From Opitutaceae bacterium (GTDB lineage Bacteria > Verrucomicrobiota > Verrucomicrobiia > Opitutales > Opitutaceae): 56,491 bases of DNA. Position numbers and translations under genes: made by a program. The stretch's first letter is position 1, and each line of letters begins with the position of its first letter. Location of the stretch: NCBI GenBank assembly GCA_028280955.1, contig JANQKU010000139.1, forward strand, positions 1 through 56,491, given 5' to 3'. A model generated the notes under the pieces. It saw only the letters and a program-made list of their open reading frames with translations. It did not search any database and had not been told where the DNA came from. This document shows, piece by piece, positions 38,369-47,213 of the stretch.

Positions 38369-39664
38369 CTAAAATTTGATTCGAAGGAAGCCAATTAAGC
38401 ACATTTTGAATAGCTTAATGCTATCCCTAAAACGACTGATGTTGGTATCCCCATAAGTTCTAGCCCTGTAAGTGATTGGGATGTCGACGATTCCGAGTTT
38501 TAATACCGAAGCGGGAAATATCATTTCATAATCCCCAAATGGATCAAAATCTCCAAAATCTGTATTCCACTGCCTGATTCGATGATAGTCCTCCCTCGAA
38601 AACATCTTCGTTCCGCATAACGAATCACTAATCTGGATATCCAAAATCACACTTAACAATTTCGCGAAAAAAATGTTTCCCACATGATTGATAAAACGCA
38701 TCGCGTCTTTTTCCATGGGGTAGACCAACCTACTTCCGTTAACAAAATCAGCCAATCCACTTTGGTAAGCTTCATAATATCGAGGCAGATCCTCAGCAGG
38801 CATCGTTAGGTCCGCATCAAGAATGGTGACAATATCCTTCGTCGCGTGATGAAACCCTACTCTGACAGCATCCGCTTTTCCTTTTCCGGGTTGCTGAAAC
38901 GCCATCATTGAAAAACGTTCAGTAAACTCAGGCATTTGGATGCATTCATTAATCTTCGCCCAAGTGTGATCAGTAGAATTCCCCTCAACAAATATGACTT
39001 CGATATCTTTTGTAAAAGGAGGAATCGATTTTAGGATGTTCTCGATGTTTCCCTCTTCATTCCGAGCCGCAACGATGATGCTGATACTCTTTTCTTCAGA
39101 CTCGGGCTTCACAGGCCTGAGGTAAGCGATCGAAGTAATCGCCAAGCGATTGACAAGGGGAGTTACCCGAAACAACCGGTTGATAAAAGTGCCTATTCCT
39201 AACAGATGAAAGGGGAAGAAATAAAAACGTGAGATCCGCACAACCTCAAAACCTGAGATTTTGCAGAAGTTTTCCAAAACTGTCTGTGTTACGAAATTTT
39301 GCGTATCATTCGCTTTCGTGAGGCCGAGAGCATTAGTGATTCGATAGAGCCATTGGAGGTAAGGATTGTAGAGAATCGCCGCAACTCTGAAAGAACGATT
39401 TGCGTTTTTGTAGAGTGCATCGAGCTTAATCTGAATGTCCGAATCGACATTAAAATCACCATCAAGAATATGAAGGTGGGTGCCTTCACTACTTTGATCT
39501 ACCGAACCCGTTGACGCGAGAATCTTAAACTTTCGACTAAGGAATTCATACAACTTCTGCTTACCGGAATCCTGACCAATCGGTAGCGTAATCTTGTCAA
39601 AATAGGGACATATTTGGCTGACCTCTCTCGCAATTGCCCGTTTAAGATTTTTCTGAAAAAACAT
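38369..39664 (-). CDS. Glycosyltransferase family 2 with ~200-aa N-terminal extension
   Basis: 'ISIIVAARNEEGNIENIL.SIP....DIEVIFVEGNSTDHT', 'ILDADLT'. ATG at 39664 preferred over the longer ORF. Confidence 0.75.
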   Translation of the reverse strand: MFFQKNLKRAIAREVSQICPYFDKITLPIGQDSGKQKLYEFLSRKFKILASTGSVDQSSEGTHLHILDGDFNVDSDIQIKLDALYKNANRSFRVAAILYNPYLQWLYRITNALGLTKANDTQNFVTQTVLENFCKISGFEVVRISRFYFFPFHLLGIGTFINRLFRVTPLVNRLAITSIAYLRPVKPESEEKSISIIVAARNEEGNIENILKSIPPFTKDIEVIFVEGNSTDHTWAKINECIQMPEFTERFSMMAFQQPGKGKADAVRVGFHHATKDIVTILDADLTMPAEDLPRYYEAYQSGLADFVNGSRLVYPMEKDAMRFINHVGNIFFAKLLSVILDIQISDSLCGTKMFSREDYHRIRQWNTDFGDFDPFGDYEMIFPASVLKLGIVDIPITYRARTYGDTNISRFRDSIKLFKMCLIGFLRIKF

Positions 39665-39780
39665 GATGAATCGACAGGTGCTAAAGAGCACTGAATACTC
39701 GGGAATAGGCCTTTTGCGCAACAACTAATTTGTTCTTCTAAAAAAACACACCGACGATTAAGCGCTCCTGATTAGCCAAC

Positions 39781-40254
39781 TCAAAGCATAACCCATTTCG
39801 AAATTACGGCAGCCTGGCCGCAACAGTCACCCTCGGCGTTGATTAGATTCCACACAGTTGCCTCTTCAATCCGAAACCTTTTTCCAGTCGCTGACATTCT
39901 GACTCCCGAATAATTCTCAATGTAACCTTTCGCGGTCACCTCCGCCAATAGCCTTGCTCTTTCCTCCCTGTTGGGTAGTTCAGCAGATTTTCGAGAAGGA
40001 AGATTAGTAAGCTCCTCAAATGACATCTCAAAAAGCTCCAATGCGCACCGATTTCCGTAATTGAAAACAGGATCTTCCTCAGTTCCGTGGGAAACCAGTG
40101 CAAAATCCACTTTTTCAAACAGGATTGGAAGAGTATCGAGCTGATCATACTCAATTAGGATCTTCCCTGTCAGTCGCTCATAGGATTTTACTAGCAACTC
40201 CAAATGATCGGAAACCGAATCGTATCGATATTTTTCTACCTTTCTCATCATCAA
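39781..40254 (-). CDS. MEKHLA domain-containing protein
   Basis: 'DPVFNYGNRCALELFEMSFEELTNLPSRKSAE...REERARLL.EVT.KGYI.NYSGVR.S.TGKRF.IE.ATVWNL' matches the MEKHLA (PAS-like) pattern from memory. Confidence 0.65.
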   Translation of the reverse strand: MMMRKVEKYRYDSVSDHLELLVKSYERLTGKILIEYDQLDTLPILFEKVDFALVSHGTEEDPVFNYGNRCALELFEMSFEELTNLPSRKSAELPNREERARLLAEVTAKGYIENYSGVRMSATGKRFRIEEATVWNLINAEGDCCGQAAVISKWVML

Positions 40255-40268
40255 CCCTCTTTAGGAAA

Positions 40269-41729
40269 TTACATACCCACATACCGGTAAACACCTTCCA
40301 GGTCCAAATGCTCCTCAAGGAGATCCGCCATCTGCGAATAGGTCTGCTGCTTGTGCTCCCACCAATCCTGCACCCCGACCTCATAACCTGATATCCCAGC
40401 AACTTCGCAAAGAGCCAAACGCGTGCAAGAGTTCTCAAAAAGGCCGTGAAGATAAGTTCCCCACACGCTTCTGTCCTGACTTCCCTCTTCCCTCGCCCCA
40501 TCACCATCTTTCACTTTCAGCAAGGCATTCAAAGTGCATATCGCTCGGGAATGTCCCATGTGGATCTCGTAGCAATTCCAATTTTCAGCACCCCAGATCG
40601 CCTGAACCTGAGTCAGTCGTTTTTCCTTAGAAAACTCAGTTACAATCGGGAGTAAACTAAGGCCTTCCACCTCGCCGGAACGCCCAGCTTCACCGCCTGG
40701 GTCCAGCAATCTTTCACCAAGCATCTGATAGCCACCGCAAATCCCAACCACGGGAATCCCTTCCCTAGCTTTACGGATGACCATGTCGGCAATACCTGAA
40801 TCACGAAGCCACTGCAAATCTGCAATCGTGTTTTTTGATCCAGGCAAAACAATTGCACTCGCCTGCTCCAGCTCGTCTATGCTCCTCACCCATCTGGCCT
40901 GCACACCTTCATCCAGGCTCCAGGGCTGAATATCCTGAGTGTTGGAAACCCTTGGATAGCACACCCAAGCGATCAGTGGTTTGTGGCTTTGACTTCGGGA
41001 AATTCTCGATTCGACTGTAAATCCATCCTCCGTCTCCGGCTGAAGATCATAACGCATCGGAAGCACTCCCAAATACGGGGTCGAAACGTGTTTGCTGAAA
41101 TATTCAGCTGCACCATCAAACAACGTGGGATCCCCTCGAAACTTGTTCACAACCAAACCCAATCCCCTGCTCTGGTCCTCCTCAGGCATGAGTTTCACTG
41201 TGCCCGTTGCCTGAGCAAAAACTCCTCCTCTCTCGATATCGCAAGCCAACAGCCATTTTCCGTCTAGATATCGAATCGGCATGAGATTCACTATATCTCG
41301 GTCCATCAGGTTCAGCTCCACAGGGCTACCCGCTCCTTCCAGCAACAATAAATCACAACGACTCTTCCACCACTCGAGAGTCTCCTGAACCGTTTCCCAG
41401 AGCGGATGAATGCCCTCGTAAAAGCTCTGTGCTTTCATGTGAGGTCCGGGAGCCCCCAATCGAACAACTTGCGAGGTGGTGTCACCGCTAGGTTTCAAGA
41501 GAACAGGATTCATCTCGGCGATCGGGCGGAGTCCGCACGCTTCCGCCTGCACCGCCTGTGCGCGTCCGATTTCACCACCCTCGACCGTCACGAACGAATT
41601 GTTCGACATGTTTTGCGCCTTGAACGGAGCGACCTTCACTCCTTTTCGACGCATCAAGGCACAAAAGGCGGTGTTCAACCAGCTTTTCCCGGCATCTGAT
41701 GAAGTACCCAATATCGAAATTGACTTCAT
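40269..41729 (-). CDS. cobQ: Cobyric acid synthase
   Basis: '[18 protein letters not shown]....[19 protein letters not shown]' and a C-terminal GATase domain '[10 protein letters not shown]'. The alternative start at 41747 would overlap the upstream gene. Confidence 0.9.
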   Translation of the reverse strand: MKSISILGTSSDAGKSWLNTAFCALMRRKGVKVAPFKAQNMSNNSFVTVEGGEIGRAQAVQAEACGLRPIAEMNPVLLKPSGDTTSQVVRLGAPGPHMKAQSFYEGIHPLWETVQETLEWWKSRCDLLLLEGAGSPVELNLMDRDIVNLMPIRYLDGKWLLACDIERGGVFAQATGTVKLMPEEDQSRGLGLVVNKFRGDPTLFDGAAEYFSKHVSTPYLGVLPMRYDLQPETEDGFTVESRISRSQSHKPLIAWVCYPRVSNTQDIQPWSLDEGVQARWVRSIDELEQASAIVLPGSKNTIADLQWLRDSGIADMVIRKAREGIPVVGICGGYQMLGERLLDPGGEAGRSGEVEGLSLLPIVTEFSKEKRLTQVQAIWGAENWNCYEIHMGHSRAICTLNALLKVKDGDGAREEGSQDRSVWGTYLHGLFENSCTRLALCEVAGISGYEVGVQDWWEHKQQTYSQMADLLEEHLDLEGVYRYVGM

Positions 41730-41733
41730 CCGA

Positions 41734-42744
41734 CTATTTCTCATCAAACATGCCCGACAAGATGCGATTCAGAGCCTCCAAAGTATCGCATTTTCGCTCA
41801 CCGATACTCCATTCAAATCTCCCCGCATCGACTTTTGACACCAAAACAGACGGTTCCACCTCCGACTCGGCCACACCAACACCAATCTTCTCCAAAGCAT
41901 GTTTGGTCCACTTCACACCGACCGAATCACCTTCAAGACTCACTTGGTGCTTCAGCTCAGTTTTGCCTTTGAAATGTCCGCTTTCCGAATCAAACCCAAG
42001 CTCCTCATTCCCAAACACTTCAGCAATCGAACCATCCAGAAGCAAATCTTCAGGCAAACCCTTCTTCACACCAGACACACGATTCATCAGCCACAATTCG
42101 TCCGAGTATTGAAGCGCTAGTTGCAGGTCGTGAGTACTGATCAACAGGGTCAAATTACACTCCTTCACCAGCTTTCGAAGGATATGCATCAATTCGATTT
42201 TGTGCATCAGGTCCAGAAAGGCTGTCGGCTCATCCATGTAGATCAGTGGAGTTTCCTGAGCTAATGCTCTGGCAATCGAAACCCGTTGCTTTTCACCATC
42301 ACTGAGCGTATGGATCATGCGGTCTTTTAGCAGCTCCAGTCGCACCGCAGAAATCGCCCATTCCACTTTTTCTTGATCCTCCTCACTGTAACGTCCCGTC
42401 CACTTGGTGTAGGGATGGCGCCCCAGCGCAACCAGTTCCCACACCCGCAAAAGTCCTGAAAAGCTTTGATTCGTGAGAACTACGCTGAAGACCTTCGCCC
42501 TCCTCGCAGGATTTCTAAATAAGGATTCATCGCCATTGTAAGCAATCCTGCCACTCATCTCAGGGATTAATCCTGTGAGGGTTTTGATGAGTGTGCTTTT
42601 CCCAGTGCCATTAGTCCCCATCAAACAGGTCAGAGAGCCCGAATCCAGTGACAAATCGAGTGATTCGTACAGAGGAGCCCCACCTGTCTTCGCGTAACCG
42701 ATGGAAAGATCTTCAGTCCTTAAAATCTCTTTTGTCGCACTCAT
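41734..42744 (-). CDS. Iron-siderophore/cobalamin-type ABC importer ATP-binding protein with ~90-aa C-terminal extension
   Basis: '[10 protein letters not shown]', '[17 protein letters not shown]', '[12 protein letters not shown]'. Overlaps the permease gene by 4 nt. Confidence 0.85.
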   Translation of the reverse strand: MSATKEILRTEDLSIGYAKTGGAPLYESLDLSLDSGSLTCLMGTNGTGKSTLIKTLTGLIPEMSGRIAYNGDESLFRNPARRAKVFSVVLTNQSFSGLLRVWELVALGRHPYTKWTGRYSEEDQEKVEWAISAVRLELLKDRMIHTLSDGEKQRVSIARALAQETPLIYMDEPTAFLDLMHKIELMHILRKLVKECNLTLLISTHDLQLALQYSDELWLMNRVSGVKKGLPEDLLLDGSIAEVFGNEELGFDSESGHFKGKTELKHQVSLEGDSVGVKWTKHALEKIGVGVAESEVEPSVLVSKVDAGRFEWSIGERKCDTLEALNRILSGMFDEK

Positions 42745-43808
42745 CCGTTACCAAAAGCGCTTCTTAAGCTTCTTCTTCCCAGCAATATCCAAATCACCAC
42801 CGGAGCCCCAATCAGCGAGGTGATGGAGTTGAGTGGCAAAACCAATCGGCTACCCGGGACTTGAGCAATAAAATCTGCCATCAGAGTCAACAGCCCACCA
42901 TAAAGGATTACCGCGGGATACAAAATACGATGATTCGAGGTTTGAAACATCGATCGGCACAAGTGAGGAACAGCCACTCCAATGAAGCCTACCGGTCCGC
43001 AAAATCCTACTACCACACCCGTCAGCAGCGAGGTGCTGATCAATACCCAAGTCCTCCACTTGATAATCGATACACCCATGCTTCTGGCGTAAGCCTCTCC
43101 CAGCAAAAACGCATTCATCGCCTTGCCAGCGATCCAAGCCATCAATATCCCGAGCACAACCACTGGGGCAAGGATACTGATCTGATCCCAGGTCACGTGA
43201 CTTAAATTGCCGTAACCCCACGCGAAAAAGGTCTGAAGTCGTTCGGGAATAGCAAAAAACACAAGCACCATCACGAGAGCAGAGGTCGCATAACCCATCA
43301 TGAGTCCAACGATCAACAAGGTCATCAGGTCCACCCGGAAGGAAAGCACCATGATCAAAGTCAACACCATTGCCGAACCGAGCGAGGACGCCACGACCAC
43401 GGCATAGTTTCCCGCAACTCCCATTCCACTCAGCAAAGAAGCCAGGCCAGGTCCAGTGATGAGTACCACGATGGCCACTCCCAGGCTTGCTCCGGAATTA
43501 ACGCCCAGGACAAACGGGTCCGCCAGGGGATTTCGAAACAAGGTCTGCATCTGTAGACCCGCTACCGCTAAAGCAGCCCCGGCAAGAACCGCAGTCAATG
43601 CCTTGGGAAAACGGATCGACCAAATGATGTTCGCCAGGCCCTGGTTTTCGTATCCGGATCGATCGAGGAGAATGGAACTCACATCGCCAATCGGGATCTT
43701 CACCGAACCAAACGAAAGACTAACTCCCAGAAGCGCCACAAGAAGCAACACTCCGGCTATCCAAAAATAAAAATGTCTTCGGTGATGAGCTGACGAAAAC
43801 CGTTCCAC
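42741..43808 (-). CDS. FecCD/BtuC-family ABC importer permease
   Basis: About 10 TM segments. 'RFPKALTAVLAGAALAVAGLQMQTLFRNPLADPFVLGV', 'GVVVGFCGPVGFIGVAVPHLCR'. Confidence 0.9.
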   Translation of the reverse strand: MERFSSAHHRRHFYFWIAGVLLLVALLGVSLSFGSVKIPIGDVSSILLDRSGYENQGLANIIWSIRFPKALTAVLAGAALAVAGLQMQTLFRNPLADPFVLGVNSGASLGVAIVVLITGPGLASLLSGMGVAGNYAVVVASSLGSAMVLTLIMVLSFRVDLMTLLIVGLMMGYATSALVMVLVFFAIPERLQTFFAWGYGNLSHVTWDQISILAPVVVLGILMAWIAGKAMNAFLLGEAYARSMGVSIIKWRTWVLISTSLLTGVVVGFCGPVGFIGVAVPHLCRSMFQTSNHRILYPAVILYGGLLTLMADFIAQVPGSRLVLPLNSITSLIGAPVVIWILLGRRSLRSAFGNG

Positions 43809-43817
43809 AAAAAACGA

Positions 43818-44933
43818 TTATTCCAAATTTCGATAATAGTAAAGTTCCGGTTCCGGAAATTGCTCTGGATGAAGAATTTGGATCAAATCATGGAGCACCA
43901 CATCGGGCCGGACCGATCCGGATTCGAAAAAATCACGGCCACCGCGTTCGTGAATTCTCTTATTGTTGTTAAAAACCTTTCCGTTCTTCACGACGTCCAA
44001 AGCAGCAAATCGCGCATCCTGAGAACACAACTCCGTAATGCTGCTCGACTGTCCCGTGTTGAGCCAGTAGTCCGCTTTCAAAACGCGCTCATAAGCGACC
44101 TCAAACGCGACCGGAATCGCTCGATTACCATCCAGATCATCCCAGAGGTAGTCACCACCTGCGTCACGAACCAAATGCGCGGCATAGGTGTCTGTCTGTC
44201 CGACATACCAAGCGTCACCCCAGGGGGCATTCAGCATGACTTTCGGTCGATCCTCGACTGATGACCATTCCGACTTCAGCTGAAGATACTTTTCTTCGAC
44301 ATCTGAGAAAAACACCTCTGCTTCCTCTGTTTTATCAAAAAACATCGCGAAAAACTTGATCCATTCCGCACGACCCAGCGGACTTTGCTCCATCCACGAA
44401 GAAGTAAGGATCATCGGAATCCCCATTCTCTGAAATTTGGAAAACAAGGGAGAGTCGGTTTCACCACTCGCGCTCAGGAAAACTCCATCGGAATTCATCG
44501 CAACCACCATTTCAGAGTTCATTGCAGGCCCCATCCCAATTTCCGCGATTTTTCCCTCGTCGATCAGTCGATGGACATTCTCGTCATTTACAAATTTCTT
44601 CGATGAGAAACCCACCATGCGATCATGGAGATCCAGAACGTTGAACTTACCCAGATGGGTGGAAGAAAACAAAACTGCCCGCTGCAGAGGAATCCTCACG
44701 ATCTGAGTATCTACATCCGAATTCACGTCAGTCGTTTCACCTTCGCGAAGTAAGATGTAGCTCATCACAAGATCATTCGGATCACAGTTTTGATAAACTT
44801 CCATCCGAGTCGGCTCACCTTCTTCTTCAAATACCTTAAAATTCAAAGCGTGCCGAACTTCGACCGCACTCAGAGCCAGCCCCATACTCAACGTCGCTAA
44901 CAATGATGCCCAACTGGTAATCTTTTTAATCAT
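43818..44933 (-). CDS. Periplasmic substrate-binding protein of the B12/siderophore (cluster A/class 8) type
   Basis: Signal peptide 'WASLLATLSMGLALSA'. Positioned upstream of the FecCD permease and ATPase genes. Family call rests mostly on context. Confidence 0.7.
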   Translation of the reverse strand: MIKKITSWASLLATLSMGLALSAVEVRHALNFKVFEEEGEPTRMEVYQNCDPNDLVMSYILLREGETTDVNSDVDTQIVRIPLQRAVLFSSTHLGKFNVLDLHDRMVGFSSKKFVNDENVHRLIDEGKIAEIGMGPAMNSEMVVAMNSDGVFLSASGETDSPLFSKFQRMGIPMILTSSWMEQSPLGRAEWIKFFAMFFDKTEEAEVFFSDVEEKYLQLKSEWSSVEDRPKVMLNAPWGDAWYVGQTDTYAAHLVRDAGGDYLWDDLDGNRAIPVAFEVAYERVLKADYWLNTGQSSSITELCSQDARFAALDVVKNGKVFNNNKRIHERGGRDFFESGSVRPDVVLHDLIQILHPEQFPEPELYYYRNLE

Positions 44934-44952
44934 GCCTACATAAAGTGAATAA

Positions 44953-45134
44953 TGGATGAGTGCTGGTTAACAAAATCGCGGAAGATCTGCCCTCTCGAAC
45001 TACGTCGAACCGAGGACGATCCGCCCTACCCGATCTTCCGTGGATCCACTCTCAGGTAGGGCTGACTGTCCCCAGTCAGCCGCATGTTTTACGAACATCC
45101 TGTCCAGCTGCATTTTGAAACCAACACTCATCCA
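44953..45134 (-). other. Highly structured ~180-nt intergenic element between the TonB-dependent receptor and binding-protein genes
   Basis: A 16-bp closing helix (44953-44968 / 45119-45134, 15/16, where the mismatch becomes G.U only in the minus-strand transcript). Nested or interleaved helices CGGAAGATC/GATCTTCCG, GCCCTACC/GGTAGGGC and GGCTGACTG/CAGTCAGCC, plus the palindrome GTGGATCCAC. Confidence 0.4.
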
Positions 45135-45173
45135 CGTTGACGGCAATCTCGTTCTCACGAACGAAAATTAAAG

Positions 45174-47012
45174 TTAAAAGTCCAAATTGATACCCGCTGA
45201 AAACGCCTGCGGAGCTCCATTGTAGCCAAACACCTCAGAGTATTCCTCATCCAACAAGTTATCCACTCTCACCCAGAGGTCAGTGGTTTCGCTCAAGCGA
45301 TAAGTCACAGCAAGATCCACAGTGGTGAAACTATCGAGAGGTCCCGACCAGTCTTCACGGTCGTCCATGTAGTTCGCAGCCAAACGCACGAGCAGGTCGT
45401 CATTCAAGAACTCCTGATCGATGATGATGCTCGTAGAGGTCTCTGGAGACTGGAGAATAAGCGAATCCCCGGTTTTTTGACGCTCAGTGTCGGCAAAGGT
45501 CTGAGAAACCTTGATTCGAGTATCCGCCCCCAGGTCATAGTGCACAAAAACCTCCACTCCCGAGCTCACCCAGTCCACGTTTGCAAAGCTGAAAGTGCTA
45601 CGCAAAAATTCAACTTTGTCACTCACATCGATGTTAAAATAAGCCACCCCAGCGGTCAGCGCACCACTCTCAGAGGTCCATTCGACACCAAGGTCGTAAC
45701 TGGCACCTGTTTCAGCCACGAGATCAGGATTTCCAAAGGATCCGAACAACTGGGAAATCTCAGGAGCGTCGAAACCCGTTCCATAGGTCCCGCGGACGCG
45801 GATTCCTGAATCAGCGACTTGATAGGAAAAAGAAGTCCGCCAAGTCGTCTCACTTCCAAAAGCGTCGTTGTCATCGATGCGTGCGCCCAAGGTCACAGTA
45901 AGCGCATCATTTACATCATACACATTTTCAAGAAATAGAGATTGCGTCTCCATTTCGTAGTCACCCATCACATCCTTTGCCATTTCGCTTTCCGCTCCAA
46001 CGAACAACGCATAATTGTCGGCGATCACGATGTTATTTAGCAGTTCAAATTTCAGCATCTCTGCTTCACTGTCACTTGCACCCCATCCATCGTTACGGAA
46101 ACTGTCCAGGTTAGTATAAGTGACGGCCACTGACGCATTCCAATTTTCATTCAGCTCCGCATTAGCTTCACCCTTTACGAGCAGCTGCTTGTCGTGTGTG
46201 TAGTTGTCCGCAATCGGAGTGGACCAAGGTGACGGTGTGCCCGGATCATAGTCACTCTCAGAGTCGCGATAGTGAAGGACGAGCGAAAGATCGATTGTTT
46301 CGGTTACCTCGGCACCCAGGCGGCCGTGCAGCACGGTGTTACGGTAGGCATCATTGTCCGCCCACTCAGGTCCATATTCCTCAGGCTGCGAAGAATATCC
46401 GTCGGTCTCGTAATGACTCAGTTGAATCTGATAATCGAACTGGCCAAGATCGGCGGATGTTCCCAAATACGCGGAATAGGTCTTGTGTGAACCATAACTC
46501 AGACCTGCTTGCGTGGTCGTTTCTCCCTCTACTGCTCGCTTGCTTTGAAGGCTGATCACACCTGTCAATGCGTTCGCACCGTAAAGCGCACTCTGCGCAC
46601 CATGCAAAACCTCCACTCTCTCAAGCAACGAAGCAGGCATGTTTCCAAAATTATAAACAAATCCGCTCGCTGGATTATTGATTTCGATTCCGTCTAACAA
46701 CACGAGAGGCGCGATCGGCAATCCTCTCATGGAGATTCCCGGTGAGTTTCCCGCACCACCAGTGTTACGGATGTAAACACCCGTCACGTGACGAAGAGTT
46801 TCACTCGCAAGTTGAGCTTGGTGAAACTCGATCTCCTCAGCATCAAAAACGGTAACTGATGCTCCCACCTTCCCCAATGGTAGTTCAAAGCGGCTTGCTA
46901 CAACCGTGTAACTCTCGAGATCTACGATCTTTTCATTCTCCTGAGCCGACAAGTGAGAGGCAATCGCCACAAAACCTGTTAAAACCCATTTTCCGATATT
47001 CTTTCTTTGCAT
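45174..47012 (-). CDS. TonB-dependent outer-membrane receptor (BtuB-like by context)
   Basis: Signal peptide, TonB-box-like 'ESYTVVASRFE', plug motifs 'IRNTGGAGNSPGISMRGL', C-terminal '...AFSAGINLDF' ending in Phe. Confidence 0.9.
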   Translation of the reverse strand: MQRKNIGKWVLTGFVAIASHLSAQENEKIVDLESYTVVASRFELPLGKVGASVTVFDAEEIEFHQAQLASETLRHVTGVYIRNTGGAGNSPGISMRGLPIAPLVLLDGIEINNPASGFVYNFGNMPASLLERVEVLHGAQSALYGANALTGVISLQSKRAVEGETTTQAGLSYGSHKTYSAYLGTSADLGQFDYQIQLSHYETDGYSSQPEEYGPEWADNDAYRNTVLHGRLGAEVTETIDLSLVLHYRDSESDYDPGTPSPWSTPIADNYTHDKQLLVKGEANAELNENWNASVAVTYTNLDSFRNDGWGASDSEAEMLKFELLNNIVIADNYALFVGAESEMAKDVMGDYEMETQSLFLENVYDVNDALTVTLGARIDDNDAFGSETTWRTSFSYQVADSGIRVRGTYGTGFDAPEISQLFGSFGNPDLVAETGASYDLGVEWTSESGALTAGVAYFNIDVSDKVEFLRSTFSFANVDWVSSGVEVFVHYDLGADTRIKVSQTFADTERQKTGDSLILQSPETSTSIIIDQEFLNDDLLVRLAANYMDDREDWSGPLDSFTTVDLAVTYRLSETTDLWVRVDNLLDEEYSEVFGYNGAPQAFSAGINLDF

Positions 47013-47032
47013 TTGTAGTCAGTTGAAAATCC

Positions 47033-47088
47033 TTAATGACAATTAAATGTCATTTACACTAAAACACTTTAATGACACTTCCATGTCA
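47033..47088. promoter_or_regulatory. Two copies of a TTAATGACA-N5-ATGTCA palindromic operator-like site in the divergent receptor/regulator intergenic region
   Basis: TGACA-ATTAAA-TGTCA (47037-47052) and TGACA-CTTCCA-TGTCA (47073-47088), centres 36 bp apart. On the minus strand, site 2 contains a perfect TTGACA. Confidence 0.35.
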
Positions 47089-47213
47089 AATAATTTTCCT
47101 CAGAATTTTGAAGGTTTTTTGGGAATTGTCTCTATAAAGTGCTTTGAGTATCCTGCTCACATCAATTCCATTTAGTTTGGCATTCTTGAGATTCTAAATT
47201 CTGTATTCTGCGT

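Noticed and set aside
47013-47213. Expected cobalamin riboswitch upstream of the TonB-dependent receptor gene
   Set aside because: The region is A+T-rich, and I could not find the conserved GC-rich core or B12-box segments on the minus strand. A covariance-model scan is still needed.
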